This document shows positions 22,630 through 32,838 of a stretch of 64,000 bases of DNA, piece after piece. The notes below the pieces were generated by a model. It saw only the letters and a program-made list of their open reading frames with translations, was not told the origin of the DNA and ran no database searches. The DNA comes from Bacillota bacterium. GTDB taxonomy: Bacteria; Bacillota; DTU025. A program made the position numbers and the translations under genes. How positions within the stretch are numbered: the stretch's first letter is position 1; each line of letters starts with the position of its first letter. Location of the stretch: contig JBMNJT010000002.1 in assembly GCA_050951805.1 (NCBI GenBank), forward strand, positions 384,001 to 448,000, read 5' to 3'.

Positions 22630-22776
22630 GGCTCTATGTAACCTCCAGGCCGCCTATGGCTGTGTTTCCTCAGAAATGTCTCTATTCAGTATTGTAGCTT
22701 TTTCTCCTCCAATATAATGTCCTCCTTGTTCATGGGCGGCAATACCACAGATGCCCAATATACAGTTTCCAACTCA

Positions 22777-22805
22777 TTGTTAGTTTCAAATGGTAATGAT
22801 ATAAT
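22777..22805 (+). promoter_or_regulatory. Sigma-70/A promoter for the riboswitch-sucCD operon
   Basis: TTGTTA-17 bp-TATAAT with an extended TG. Confidence 0.65.
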
Positions 22806-22830
22806 TAAACATGAAAACTAAACATCTAAT

Positions 22831-22994
22831 GGAAGTGGTGCCCCGAAGTTCCCGGGGAGAATAGGGAATCAGGTGGAAGTCCTGAGCGGTCCCGCCACTG
22901 TAAGCGTGAGTTCGCTGGCATGCCACTGTCTAATGCATGATAGACGGGAAGGGTCAGCAGAACGATGAGCGTAAGCCAGGAGACCTGCCCTTCC
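22831..22994 (+). ncRNA. Cobalamin riboswitch
   Basis: GGTGCC...AATAGGGAATCAGGTGGAAGTCCTGAGCGGTCCCGCCACTGT...GCCACTG...GGGAAGG...AAGCCAGGAGACCTGCC (B12 box). Confidence 0.95.
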
Positions 22995-23075
22995 AGAAAG
23001 TACGCCGCCTTCGGAGGAAAGGAGGAGTGCGATATACCAGGCATCGGATGCAAGATAGATGGCCTAGGTTAGTCG

Positions 23076-23114
23076 GTCCCTTATGCCTTCACGGCGTGAG
23101 GGACTTTCTTATTT
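23076..23114 (+). terminator. Riboswitch attenuator terminator
   Basis: 12-bp stem GTCCCTTATGCC/GGCGTGAGGGAC followed by TTTCTTATTT, 75 nt before sucC. Confidence 0.8.
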
Positions 23115-23188
23115 AGCTAGCTCAATCAGCTCATGTAGTGTTCTTGTAACGAGAGTAGGAGTTATTCAGACACGAGGGGGATGATCAG

Positions 23189-24304
23189 ATGAGATTATTC
23201 GAATACATGGGAAAACAGTTATTCATCGATTTTGGCATACGTGTGCCCCGAGGTATGGTGTGCGACACTCCCAAGACCGCTGCGCAGATAGCACAGAGGT
23301 TGGGTGGCCCGGTAATGATAAAAGCTCAGGTTCTTTCGGGTAAAAGAGGCAAAGGCGGGGGTATTCGGCTGGCTGATGGCCCCAAAGAATCAAAACTTGC
23401 GGCTGAACAGTTACTTCAATCTACAGTGCAAGGCTTCCCTGTGGAGCTGCTTTTGATAGAGGAAAAACTGGCCATCGGGCAGGAACTGTATTTGTCCTTG
23501 ATAGTTGATGGTGTAAGTAAGAAACCCGTGCTCATTGCCTCTGCCCAAGGCGGCATGGACATTGAGAATGTGCCAGAAGAGCAGATTATCAGACAACCGA
23601 TAGATGTAGAGCTTGGATTGCCTACTTTCTTGGCGCGAGATATTGTCCGTAGGCTTAAAATTGTGCCCAGCAGCCCCTGCGGAAAGGCACTAACGCAAGT
23701 AGTCACGGCGCTTTACCGACTGTTTACCGCCATAGATGCTGAACTGGTGGAGATCAATCCGCTGGCGATCTGCGGTGATACTGTCTATGCAGCCGATGCC
23801 AAAATCACTGTCGATGATGCCTCGCTGTATCGCCATGCCCATATTCCGACGGTAAGTGAGCTCACTTTAGGTGAGCAAGAAGCTAGCAAGTTGGGACTAT
23901 CATATGTGGATCTTGACGGTGAAATAGGTGTGATGGCCAATGGAGCTGGAATTACCATGGCTACGCTCGATATGATAACCTATTTCGGCAGCAAACCAGC
24001 TAATTTTCTGGACATCGGCGGCGGAGCTAACCAAGAAGCTACCCGAAAAGGACTGGAACTTGTCTTGGCTAAGCAGCCCAAGGCCGTACTCGTCAATATC
24101 TTTGGAGGCATAACGCGCTGCGACGAAGTGGCGCAGGCCATTGTCGGCATCAGGAGACAATACGGCAAATCAATTCCCATGGTGGTTCGTTTAGCAGGCA
24201 CAAATCAGGATGCTGGGCGTGCCATTCTTGAGAAGGAAGCCGGAATCGAGGTTTTTGATCTCATGCAAACTGCTGCTCAGCGAGCAGTGGAATTAGCAGG
24301 TTAG
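23189..24304 (+). CDS. sucC: Succinyl-CoA synthetase (ADP-forming acyl-CoA ligase) beta subunit
   Basis: IKAQVLSGKRGKGGG, EINPL, NGAG, PANFLDIGGG, NIFGGITRCD. Confidence 0.9.
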   Translation: MRLFEYMGKQLFIDFGIRVPRGMVCDTPKTAAQIAQRLGGPVMIKAQVLSGKRGKGGGIRLADGPKESKLAAEQLLQSTVQGFPVELLLIEEKLAIGQELYLSLIVDGVSKKPVLIASAQGGMDIENVPEEQIIRQPIDVELGLPTFLARDIVRRLKIVPSSPCGKALTQVVTALYRLFTAIDAELVEINPLAICGDTVYAADAKITVDDASLYRHAHIPTVSELTLGEQEASKLGLSYVDLDGEIGVMANGAGITMATLDMITYFGSKPANFLDIGGGANQEATRKGLELVLAKQPKAVLVNIFGGITRCDEVAQAIVGIRRQYGKSIPMVVRLAGTNQDAGRAILEKEAGIEVFDLMQTAAQRAVELAG

Positions 24305-24352
24305 GTCAACCAGTTACAGAGCATTGCTTCTACTATATTGAGGAGGTTTAGC

Positions 24353-25276
24353 ATGTCTATCCTGATTGATGAGCAGACCTCGGTGTTGGTACAGGGAATC
24401 ACGGGTAATCAGGGCCGTTTTCACACCCAGCAGATGCTTGCTTACGGCACTAATGTAGTGGCGGGAGTCACTCCTGGCCGTTGTGGCATGGAAGTAGAAG
24501 GCGTTCCTGTTTTTGATACTGTACGTGCAGCGACAGAAGAGTATTCTATCGACGCTTCGGTGCTCTTTACACCGGCAGCTGCAGTTAAAGATGCAGCACT
24601 GGAGGCTATGGAGGCCGGCATCAGAACATTGGTGATAATAACCGAGCATGTACCGGTACATGACTGCCTGGAGATTATGGCTTATGCAGATCGTATTGGG
24701 GCCACGATCATAGGCCCAAACACGTACGGGATTGTCTCTCCCGGCCGATGCAAGATAGGCATCGCACCTAGCTCTATCTTTTTGCCGGGGAGTGTAGGTG
24801 TGGTCGCTCGCTCTGGCACGCTATCCTATGAGATAGTTGGCAATCTCACGGCTTCTGGCGTTGGTCAATCAACGGTAGTGGGTATTGGTGGCGATCGTGT
24901 CGTGGGGCAATCATTTATCGATATTCTGCGGCTTTTTGAAGCCGACTCTGCTACCTCAGTGGTTGTCTTAATTGGAGAGATCGGAGGCAGTGCCGAGGAG
25001 GAGGCGGCACCCTATATCACTCAGATGACCAAGCCTGTAGTTGCCTACATCGCCGGCCAAAGTGCTCCCCCTGGTAAACGTATGGGACACGCTGGAGCTA
25101 TTATCGAGCGAGGTAGGGGCACTTATCACCATAAACGCAGGGCGCTTGAAGAAGCCGGTGTACGGGTAGCCGAATTGCCCTCGCAAGTGACCGGCATTGT
25201 GCAGACAGAGTTGTCTATGTTGCATGCAGATCCTTTTTATGGGCTGATCTGGTCTTTCAGCCGACCGCAGCAGTAA
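24353..25276 (+). CDS. sucD: Succinyl-CoA synthetase alpha subunit
   Basis: VQGITG, IGPNT, RSGTLSYE, IGEIGG, RMGHAGA; RBS AGGAGG. Confidence 0.92.
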   Translation: MSILIDEQTSVLVQGITGNQGRFHTQQMLAYGTNVVAGVTPGRCGMEVEGVPVFDTVRAATEEYSIDASVLFTPAAAVKDAALEAMEAGIRTLVIITEHVPVHDCLEIMAYADRIGATIIGPNTYGIVSPGRCKIGIAPSSIFLPGSVGVVARSGTLSYEIVGNLTASGVGQSTVVGIGGDRVVGQSFIDILRLFEADSATSVVVLIGEIGGSAEEEAAPYITQMTKPVVAYIAGQSAPPGKRMGHAGAIIERGRGTYHHKRRALEEAGVRVAELPSQVTGIVQTELSMLHADPFYGLIWSFSRPQQ

Positions 25277-25323
25277 AGTGAAACACTTTGCACGGCGTGA
25301 CCAAGGCAGGAGATGAATGACAC

Positions 25324-26562
25324 GTGGACTTGCTGACGAATTCACTTTTTCTATTGAGCTTGGCCATCCTTTGCGGTCATTACTTGGGAAAGATCAGCCT
25401 AGCACGTTTCAATTTGGGCGCATCCGGTACACTCTTTGCGGGTATGGGTTTGAGCTGGTTGATATACGACCGTTTCGTGGCTCCCTATGAGATCGCGGTG
25501 GCGAACGGGGCTATTGATGTTCCTTCCTATGCAGTGCGCATACTGCAAAATGGATTTGTGGACAAGGCCAACTTCGATTTCTTCCTGCTTCTATTTGTGG
25601 CTTCAGTTGGATTACTCGCCGCCAAAGATGTAGCAAGAGTTTTTAGGGGTAATGGAGCCAAGTTTCTGCTACTAGCCATTTCCATAACCACTACTGGTGC
25701 TGGCGTGGCCTACTCGCTTTTTCGCCTGATCGGAAAGCTGGATATGCACGCTATAACCGGACTGTATGCTGGTGCGCTGACCAGCTCGCCTGGGCTTGGT
25801 GCGGCTCTGGAATCTGCCGCCTGCATGTTCCCGGATCCCGCATCAGCGGCAGCTCGTGCTGCGCAAGCCAGCGTAGGCATGGGTTATGCCATCGCCTATC
25901 CGTTTGCCGCGATTACAGTCATCATATGCATGCAGCTGCTTCCGAAGCTTTTCGATGTGGATTTGCAGCAAGAAGTTGCCCAACTAGATAGCGACCTGGC
26001 CAATGGTCACACCTGGTCTGCATCCAAGCCTGCCTCGTTTTGCGTACCTGGCATAGCATTCGTTTCCCTAATTGGATATATACTGGGCAGCATCAGTATA
26101 CCCTTGGGTTCCGTGGGCAAGGTCAGTTTAGGCACCACGGGAGGAGTGCTGGTTACGGGCCTGATTCTAGGCGACCGTGGCCGTCTGCGTATGGATGAGC
26201 GGGCCCTCAACGTGACCAAACAAGTAGCTCTGTATTACTTCTTGGCTTATGTCGGCCTTAACTACGGATATCAGGCTGCAACCGCCATGACTGGACCGAA
26301 TGCCATGTTGGTTCTGGTCGGTATCCTGACTACAGCGACTTCCGTTCTTGTCGGCTTCTTGTTCGGACGTTATGTGTTGAAGATGAACTGGATCATTCTG
26401 TCCGGCGCTATATGCGGCAGCATGACTTCCACTCCTGGCCTGGGCGCAGCTATTGATGCTACTGGGCGTAACGAAGCTGCTGGTGGTTATGGCGCTACCT
26501 ATCCTGTGGGGTTGCTCTGCAAGGTGGTGATAGTGCAGGTATTGAGCAAGTTAGTCTGGTAA
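25324..26562 (+). CDS. AspT/YidE/YbjL-family transporter with no TrkA-C domains
   Basis: Duplicated motifs GALTSSPGLGAA and GSMTSTPGLGAA; GYAIAYP/GYGATYP; multiple TM helices. Confidence 0.88.
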   Translation: MDLLTNSLFLLSLAILCGHYLGKISLARFNLGASGTLFAGMGLSWLIYDRFVAPYEIAVANGAIDVPSYAVRILQNGFVDKANFDFFLLLFVASVGLLAAKDVARVFRGNGAKFLLLAISITTTGAGVAYSLFRLIGKLDMHAITGLYAGALTSSPGLGAALESAACMFPDPASAAARAAQASVGMGYAIAYPFAAITVIICMQLLPKLFDVDLQQEVAQLDSDLANGHTWSASKPASFCVPGIAFVSLIGYILGSISIPLGSVGKVSLGTTGGVLVTGLILGDRGRLRMDERALNVTKQVALYYFLAYVGLNYGYQAATAMTGPNAMLVLVGILTTATSVLVGFLFGRYVLKMNWIILSGAICGSMTSTPGLGAAIDATGRNEAAGGYGATYPVGLLCKVVIVQVLSKLVW

Positions 26563-27496
26563 GGCCGGTGGAAAAGCGAATAAGCAGTAATCATAATCAG
26601 CCATCGGTTGCGAATTGAGCTGAACCTGGAGCGTTTAAGCCAGTTTGGCACTAGGCCCCGGTTCTATCGAAGGACGCTAAACGCCAGCTGAATGCGGTGC
26701 TAATCGACATGGCAGAAGGTCAGGGAGTTATCCTTCGCCCACGCCTGATCAAAGCTGTGCTCGGTGTTGTCTACGCGACTCACCTTCAGCCGCCATCCAG
26801 CAGCTACGCTGTTGAAACCCGTGAAGTTTACAGAGTCACTGGGATCGGAGACCTTGCGAGAATTTGGAGTTAATTTCTACTTTCGCATCATTCACCTGCG
26901 CTGTTGATTTTGCTAGAGCCAAACCCTTTGGAGAATGCAAGGGGAGTCCCGGCCAAACTCGTATTTGGCGCAATCTGACTCGTAGTGAAGCCCGAGAACC
27001 TGCTTGATCTTAGATGCGATCGAAGTTCCAGGTATACAGATCGACCTTTCGACCCATCATGTGATACATCGGGAAGTTTAGGCATTTCACTGTGATGCCC
27101 GATATAGATGGCAAATCCCCAAATGCCAACGGTTATCTGCTGGGTTGTTCCATGATTTTACCTGACGCATGCTGAGCAGCGCAACATTGATGCTGGTGTA
27201 TCGAGGCACAGAGCATTGGAAAGGAAACTCAGCCCTTTCGCGTCTAAGCGCGAGCACTAGTATGGTTAACACACAAACGGGCTCGCTTGCTTCTCCCCGG
27301 TCCTACATCTGGCAGATAATTGGGCAACATCTACCGGGTGCCGCCGACCAAAACCCGATATGTCGCCGCCTATCATGCTATAATAGGACTTGCTAGAGTC
27401 AATTCCTGGGGCGGCTTGGATCTATCTCAATTCGAAAAAGGAAGTCCCGGTCCAGGCATAAGCTCCCAAAAATCAGGCGAAGCGGAGGTATTAAGA

Positions 27497-28618
27497 TTGA
27501 AGCGACTGGCGTCTGTTCTGTTCATCGTTTCCCTTTTGGTCTTGGGTTCGCTAGGCGCACTCGCGGCAGATGATCCTCTTCTTTTCAGCGGCAAGATTGT
27601 CACAGTTGACAAGTATGGCAATGTGCTAACCGACATAAGCGAAGAGGCTGTTGCAGCTTCGGGGGCTGAAGTAGGGGACATGGTCATCGTGAAGATAGGG
27701 GACAAAACACTTGTAGTTCCCTTTGTCACTATCTATGGGGATGTCGACCGGGGAACCCCCTTGATGAGAACGACAAATAACGCTATCCAGTTCGCCATAA
27801 ACTACGGCAACTTTGCACAGACATACGGAGCTTCCGAGGGGACTGAAGTATCGGTCTATCTGAAGGAGAAAGGTGCTTACCTGTCTGAAATACAGATCCG
27901 CAGTCTCAAGAAACTTGAGAACCGCGACGAGTACGACAGTGACGAGGCCTTTGCCAACTTCAGAGAAGTCACGGCAGGGAATATCAAGCCAGGCATCTTG
28001 TACAGAGTCTCCCACCCGTCACTCGGCGACGAGCGTTCCTCATACGCAGCCAGGCTGGTGGAAGAGCACGGCATCAACACGGTGCTTAACCTGTCAGACA
28101 CCCCAGAGGAATTCGAAGCGAACCTCGCGCACTCCGAGTACTATCGCCAGCTCAACGAGAAAGGAAACATCGTTGCAGTCGGTATGGGAGTGGACTTCGC
28201 GGCGAAAGAGTTCACCGAGAAGTTCAAGACGGTCCTTGAGTTCATGATCGACCACGATGGCCCGTACGCCGTCCACTGCGTGGAAGGGAAGGACAGGGCT
28301 GGATTGGTCATAGCGGTTCTCCAGGGCCTTGCCGGAGCGACGGTCGAAGAGATCGTCGAAGATTACATGGTCTCCTATGAGAACTACTACAGACTGGAGA
28401 AGGGCACCAGAGGGTATGAGCTAGTCTCCAAGATAATGTACGACCAGCTCCGTGAGATGAATGGCGGCGAAGCGGTCACCGATGCCAACCTCAAGGCCGT
28501 TGTAGTGAACTACCTCAAGAACATGGTGGGGCTGGATGACGATCAGATAGAGGCACTCGAAACGATACTGGTCGGCGAGGCATCGGCCCGGGCAGAAGTC
28601 GTCTTCTTGGCTGCTTAA
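27497..28618 (+). CDS. Secreted fusion of a SAM hydroxide adenosyltransferase (DUF62) C-terminal domain and a tyrosine-phosphatase-family domain
   Basis: Signal peptide; GKIVTVDKYGNVLTDI...YGDV...FAINYGNFA; ANFRE, LYR and HCVEGKDRAG P-loop; RBS GGAGG before TTG. Confidence 0.8.
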   Translation: MKRLASVLFIVSLLVLGSLGALAADDPLLFSGKIVTVDKYGNVLTDISEEAVAASGAEVGDMVIVKIGDKTLVVPFVTIYGDVDRGTPLMRTTNNAIQFAINYGNFAQTYGASEGTEVSVYLKEKGAYLSEIQIRSLKKLENRDEYDSDEAFANFREVTAGNIKPGILYRVSHPSLGDERSSYAARLVEEHGINTVLNLSDTPEEFEANLAHSEYYRQLNEKGNIVAVGMGVDFAAKEFTEKFKTVLEFMIDHDGPYAVHCVEGKDRAGLVIAVLQGLAGATVEEIVEDYMVSYENYYRLEKGTRGYELVSKIMYDQLREMNGGEAVTDANLKAVVVNYLKNMVGLDDDQIEALETILVGEASARAEVVFLAA

Positions 28619-28750
28619 AGCACTTCATGAATCCCGAACTCTAAGAAGTGGAGTTCTCTGTACATACTCGCGATTGAGTAGATTCCAGAATAGTCAATGC
28701 GGGAGCTGTCTGATCTATGGCAAGCCCATGGAGCCCGGCAGCTCCCGCTG

Positions 28751-29119
28751 TTATGCCAATGGCTTCAGGTTGTCCGGCGGCCGCCAGCCCTCGGGGCTAT
28801 GGTACCTTTCGCCAAAAAGGCGGCTTGTCCTGAAGATGGCGTCATCGGATTCGGGTAGTTGCTTCGATGCCCCTTTGTAACTTTGTATCTCATCCCAATC
28901 CCCCAAGTTCAAACCGTATACCAGCAACTCCACGACGCCTGAACGAACGCTAGAGGGGAGAAAAGCAAAATAGTGGAAAAGCAGCGTTCTCCTGTCAGCT
29001 TCCAGCCGAAGCCCGAAGATGCTGATGATAACCTGATCGAAGTCGAGCCTGCGTACAGGAACGGGAGATAATGATAGTTCTCTTGCCGCTTTTATGACTT
29101 CGACGAAATGGTTGAGCAA
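28751..29119 (-). CDS. Hypothetical protein, possibly a gene remnant
   Basis: 122-codon ORF directly downstream of the 29148 gene; no recognisable motif. Confidence 0.25.
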   Translation of the reverse strand: MLNHFVEVIKAARELSLSPVPVRRLDFDQVIISIFGLRLEADRRTLLFHYFAFLPSSVRSGVVELLVYGLNLGDWDEIQSYKGASKQLPESDDAIFRTSRLFGERYHSPEGWRPPDNLKPLA

Positions 29120-29147
29120 CCAACACCCAAGCAGCCAGAGAGCGTGA

Positions 29148-29996
29148 TTATTCGACGCTCACCTTTGTATTGTCCACGATGTTTTGTGCGAACCCGTGGT
29201 AGCCGCGTTCAAATTCATCGACAAGCGCAGGAATGCCGCCCTCTCTCCATCTTTTAGCGAGGAACAACATGCCTGCCATGCACGCGTATTTGTCATAATA
29301 GCTGCCGCACACGGCATCAAGCAGATATTGCTGCTGCCTTGGCGGATCGGTTTCTGCCAGAGCTAGTTTCAGCCGCGCAATGCTTTTTTTGTATACATTC
29401 CTGAGGGTTTCAGACTCCCAATCCACTTTATCGATGGGCGTGTAATTATAGGAAACCAAATGGGCGAACCCCTCATTGAATGCCATTGCGTCTATGCACA
29501 TGATATGATCAGCAGATTCCGAATCGGTTTCAATATCTGTGTAGATGGCACCGATACATACATGGCACAGTTCATGTGTGAGCAGGTTGCCGACTACATC
29601 AGATATGTTGTGCTTTCCCTCGTATCGCAGCCAGTTGGGAAGATCATAGACCACTTGAATGGCGCCGGAAGGATCCGAAAGAGCCAATGCATCATATATG
29701 TCGGGGAGGCCTACAACCATGTTGATCTTGGTTGCGTCAATGATGAGCCTCCAGCCGGAAAACAAAGCATCCCATACTTCCACGTTATTGGGAACAAACC
29801 CGTCAACAGCCTCTCTGATCTCCTGCGCAACGCGGCGAATCGCCGCACGGGCCTCCTCACTCTCATCAGGTGGGGTATATGCGGACTGGCCCTGGGGGAG
29901 AAATCTGTCGACCGTTTGGAATATCCAGTGTTCGCTGAACCTCTCAGTGGATTCTCCGCGAAGGTATGTGTCGAGTATTTCCGACCTAATCTGCAA
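29148..29996 (-). CDS. Putative Zn-dependent protease (DUF5700-like)
   Basis: HELCH followed by NEGFAH; RBS AGGAGG before TTG. Confidence 0.7.
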   Translation of the reverse strand: MQIRSEILDTYLRGESTERFSEHWIFQTVDRFLPQGQSAYTPPDESEEARAAIRRVAQEIREAVDGFVPNNVEVWDALFSGWRLIIDATKINMVVGLPDIYDALALSDPSGAIQVVYDLPNWLRYEGKHNISDVVGNLLTHELCHVCIGAIYTDIETDSESADHIMCIDAMAFNEGFAHLVSYNYTPIDKVDWESETLRNVYKKSIARLKLALAETDPPRQQQYLLDAVCGSYYDKYACMAGMLFLAKRWREGGIPALVDEFERGYHGFAQNIVDNTKVSVE

Positions 29997-31001
29997 ATAG
30001 AGGACCTCCTATCCGCATCGGTTCTTCGTCGGATAGTATTTAATTTATCGCATTCGCCATTTGCCACACAATTCCTTGCCCACTACCGTGTTCGATCGGT
30101 CCTCAGATCGTGTGCAAGGTAAGCTATGGGGAGGCTTGCCTAGTCCGCCTATCGCAGCTATCCTTTGGCTCACATTTCGCCTTCAAATTGATGCTGCTCA
30201 ATACTCGGCCAAACAGTGTGCCGTGGGGCCCGGAGCTGAAGAAGAGGCAAGCTTCGTGGGCCTACTATAGAGATTCCGCGGTTGGCCGATGACCGCTGTC
30301 GTGCTAATGCCAGACGCCTTGGGCGCTGAATACGCACGTAGGTTATATCCCTGTCAAGTGCTCAATAACTGGGATTTCAACTGCCTTCATCCTCAATTCT
30401 GTAGGCTTTAGTTCGCGCAAGTATACTCAAATGAGGATTTTGTCTCCGGTCGCTGCGAATGGCTTGAGACCTAACAGGCTTCAACCAGGCTTTGGAGAAC
30501 ATCGTCGCGCGTGGTCTCTAGCGACTCTGATCTGCTATCGATCATGTGAAGAGGAGGGCGTCGGGATTCATGGAACCTACAGTCCCTTCTGGCGCAAAGC
30601 TTGACAGGGCGAAGGTGTTTGGGGCTGCAACATTCTCTTGTCTCGCGTGCTGATCGAATCTGTCCTAGTCCACGGCGAGCACGGAGCATGCAGCAAATAT
30701 CAATTCCAAGCCTTCGCCAAAGCTCGAGAATAAGTTATTCCGATAAAGACATACAATGCAAATAAATTTTCCTAATCGGAAGGATTTCCCGCATGGAGGC
30801 CGAATTGGTATTACTGGATTGACCCGATTAGGCGTAGCAAATGCTGTCAGTTACCCCCGCGCGGGCGGGGGATGTACCGAGACGTTATCAAGCGGAAACT
30901 TGCTCGGAAGGGACTGATGCGATGCGAAGGGATGCTGTGTCTGAGATGTCATGGATAACCCAGGTTCTTAGCTAATACCTTAACATAAGGAGGGTCTTTC
31001 A

Positions 31002-32771
31002 ATGAGACGTCGTCTTTGGTTGGTTGTCGTTCTCTGCTTGCTGATGACCACCCCGGCGCTGGCTGCACCTTATGTCGAGAAAGAAGATCTCACACCTTCA
31101 ACAAAGCCAGTCCGCGGAGGCACACTCCGTCTCGCGCTCCCGGCTTCCCCGCAATCGTTCCTGTTCTACGGGGCGCTCGACAACAACGCCTACACCGTCA
31201 TCGGTCAGACCATGACCGGACTTGTCGAATTGCATCCTGTAACAAACGCCATCAGGCCGGGTCTGGCCGAATCGTGGGAAACTTCTCCCGACGGAAAAGA
31301 AGTCATCTTCCACCTAAGAGACGTGAAATGGTCTGACGGAGCTTCCTTTACCGCCGATGATGTCATCTTTACCTTTGAAAACTTCATCATGAACCCGGTG
31401 GCCAAGGGTAATTCTGCCGACAGGTTCACCATCGTGGATGTAACTGACGGGAAGAAGAAACCTGTCCAGTGGGTCAAGATCGACAACAGGACAGTCAAGG
31501 CGGTTCTTCCGTCGCCATTCGGGCCGTTTTACATGAATCTTTCCCATGCTTACATCTACCCCAAGCACAAACTTGAGAGCAAGATCGACAAGAAGAGGCC
31601 CGACTCAGTCAATGAGCTGTGGCTTACAAACGTCAATCCCAAGGAGATAGTGGCCAACGGCCCATACAGAATCGCAAGCTACGTAATGGATCAGAAAGTC
31701 GTCCTAGAGAGGAACCCAAACTACTGGAAGGTAGACAGGTTCGGAAACCAGCTCCCATACTTCGATAAGCTGGAGTATCTGATCATCAAGGATGACGAAG
31801 TGAGGCTCGCCAAGTTCATGTCGGGCGAGATCGATTACATGGCGGTTTCGGCCAAAGACTTCCCCGTACTGAAGGGGAAAGAGCGGGCAGGGGCACCCTT
31901 TACCGTTTACATGGCCCAGCCCACGCAGCCGACGCCCAGCCCAGTCCATATCTCCTTCAACTACGATGTGGAGGACCGCAACCTCAGGACGCTCTTCACC
32001 AACATCGACTTCCGCAGAGCCATGGAGTGCCTCCTCGACAGAGACAGGATAATCGATGAAGTTTACAATGGCCTCGCAATCCCCGGCGGCGGCCTGGTGC
32101 TCCCCTCCAACAAGGCCTTCTACAACCCGAAGATAGAGGAGATTATGAGGCCGTACGATCCACGCAAGGCCAATGCAGCCCTCGACAAGCTGGGCCTTGA
32201 CAAGAGAGGCCGCGATGGGTTCAGGCTCTTCCCTGACGGCAAGAGGGTCGAGTTCACCCTCACCGTGGCCAGTGCGCCTCAGGATCACCAGGATATCGCC
32301 TTGATCTTCAAGGAGGACCTGGAGAAGGCAGGAATCAAAGTCAATCTGCAGATCCTCGATGCCACGCTTGTAGGGAACATGTTCGGAGCAGGCAACTTCG
32401 AGGCCGGAATAAGGGCCTTCGGAAACCAGCCCGACCTCGAGCTGAGGAAGGCGATATGGCAGCCGGGAACTCAGCTCTATTACTGGCACTACTCGACGCT
32501 TGACAAGGATAACTTGGCCGCGATCACCAAAAACATGACTGATTGGGAGAAGAGAGTCTATCTTCTCTTTGATAGAGGGTCTGTTACAACTGATCCTGCC
32601 AAGAGGAAAGAGATCTACGACGAGATCCAGGAGATCTACTACGACGTCGTCCCGGTGATCTTTGTGTGCAAGGGCATGAACTTGTTTGCAGCCAACAACT
32701 CACTCGGCAACATATGGCAAGACAAGCAGGGCATAGTCTACTTCTCAAGCTACACAACGTACAGAAAGTAA
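31002..32771 (+). CDS. Opp/Dpp-family (SBP family 5) substrate-binding protein
   Basis: Signal peptide; PGLAESWE, KWSDG...FTADDVIFT, GPY, RNPNYW. Confidence 0.92.
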   Translation: MRRRLWLVVVLCLLMTTPALAAPYVEKEDLTPSTKPVRGGTLRLALPASPQSFLFYGALDNNAYTVIGQTMTGLVELHPVTNAIRPGLAESWETSPDGKEVIFHLRDVKWSDGASFTADDVIFTFENFIMNPVAKGNSADRFTIVDVTDGKKKPVQWVKIDNRTVKAVLPSPFGPFYMNLSHAYIYPKHKLESKIDKKRPDSVNELWLTNVNPKEIVANGPYRIASYVMDQKVVLERNPNYWKVDRFGNQLPYFDKLEYLIIKDDEVRLAKFMSGEIDYMAVSAKDFPVLKGKERAGAPFTVYMAQPTQPTPSPVHISFNYDVEDRNLRTLFTNIDFRRAMECLLDRDRIIDEVYNGLAIPGGGLVLPSNKAFYNPKIEEIMRPYDPRKANAALDKLGLDKRGRDGFRLFPDGKRVEFTLTVASAPQDHQDIALIFKEDLEKAGIKVNLQILDATLVGNMFGAGNFEAGIRAFGNQPDLELRKAIWQPGTQLYYWHYSTLDKDNLAAITKNMTDWEKRVYLLFDRGSVTTDPAKRKEIYDEIQEIYYDVVPVIFVCKGMNLFAANNSLGNIWQDKQGIVYFSSYTTYRK

Positions 32772-32780
32772 CGTTCGATA

Positions 32781-32805
32781 AGGGGGAAGCGCCCCGCTTC
32801 CCCCT
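32781..32805 (+). terminator. Intergenic stem-loop after the SBP gene (mRNA stabiliser or attenuator)
   Basis: AGGGGGAAGCG-CCC-CGCTTCCCCCT, a perfect 11-bp stem. Confidence 0.6.
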
Positions 32806-32838
32806 GCTCTATTTGCACGTTTAGAGGAGAGGGCATGA

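Noticed and set aside
22826-23053. 75-aa minus-strand ORF
   Set aside because: It is antisense to the cobalamin riboswitch and has no coding signal.
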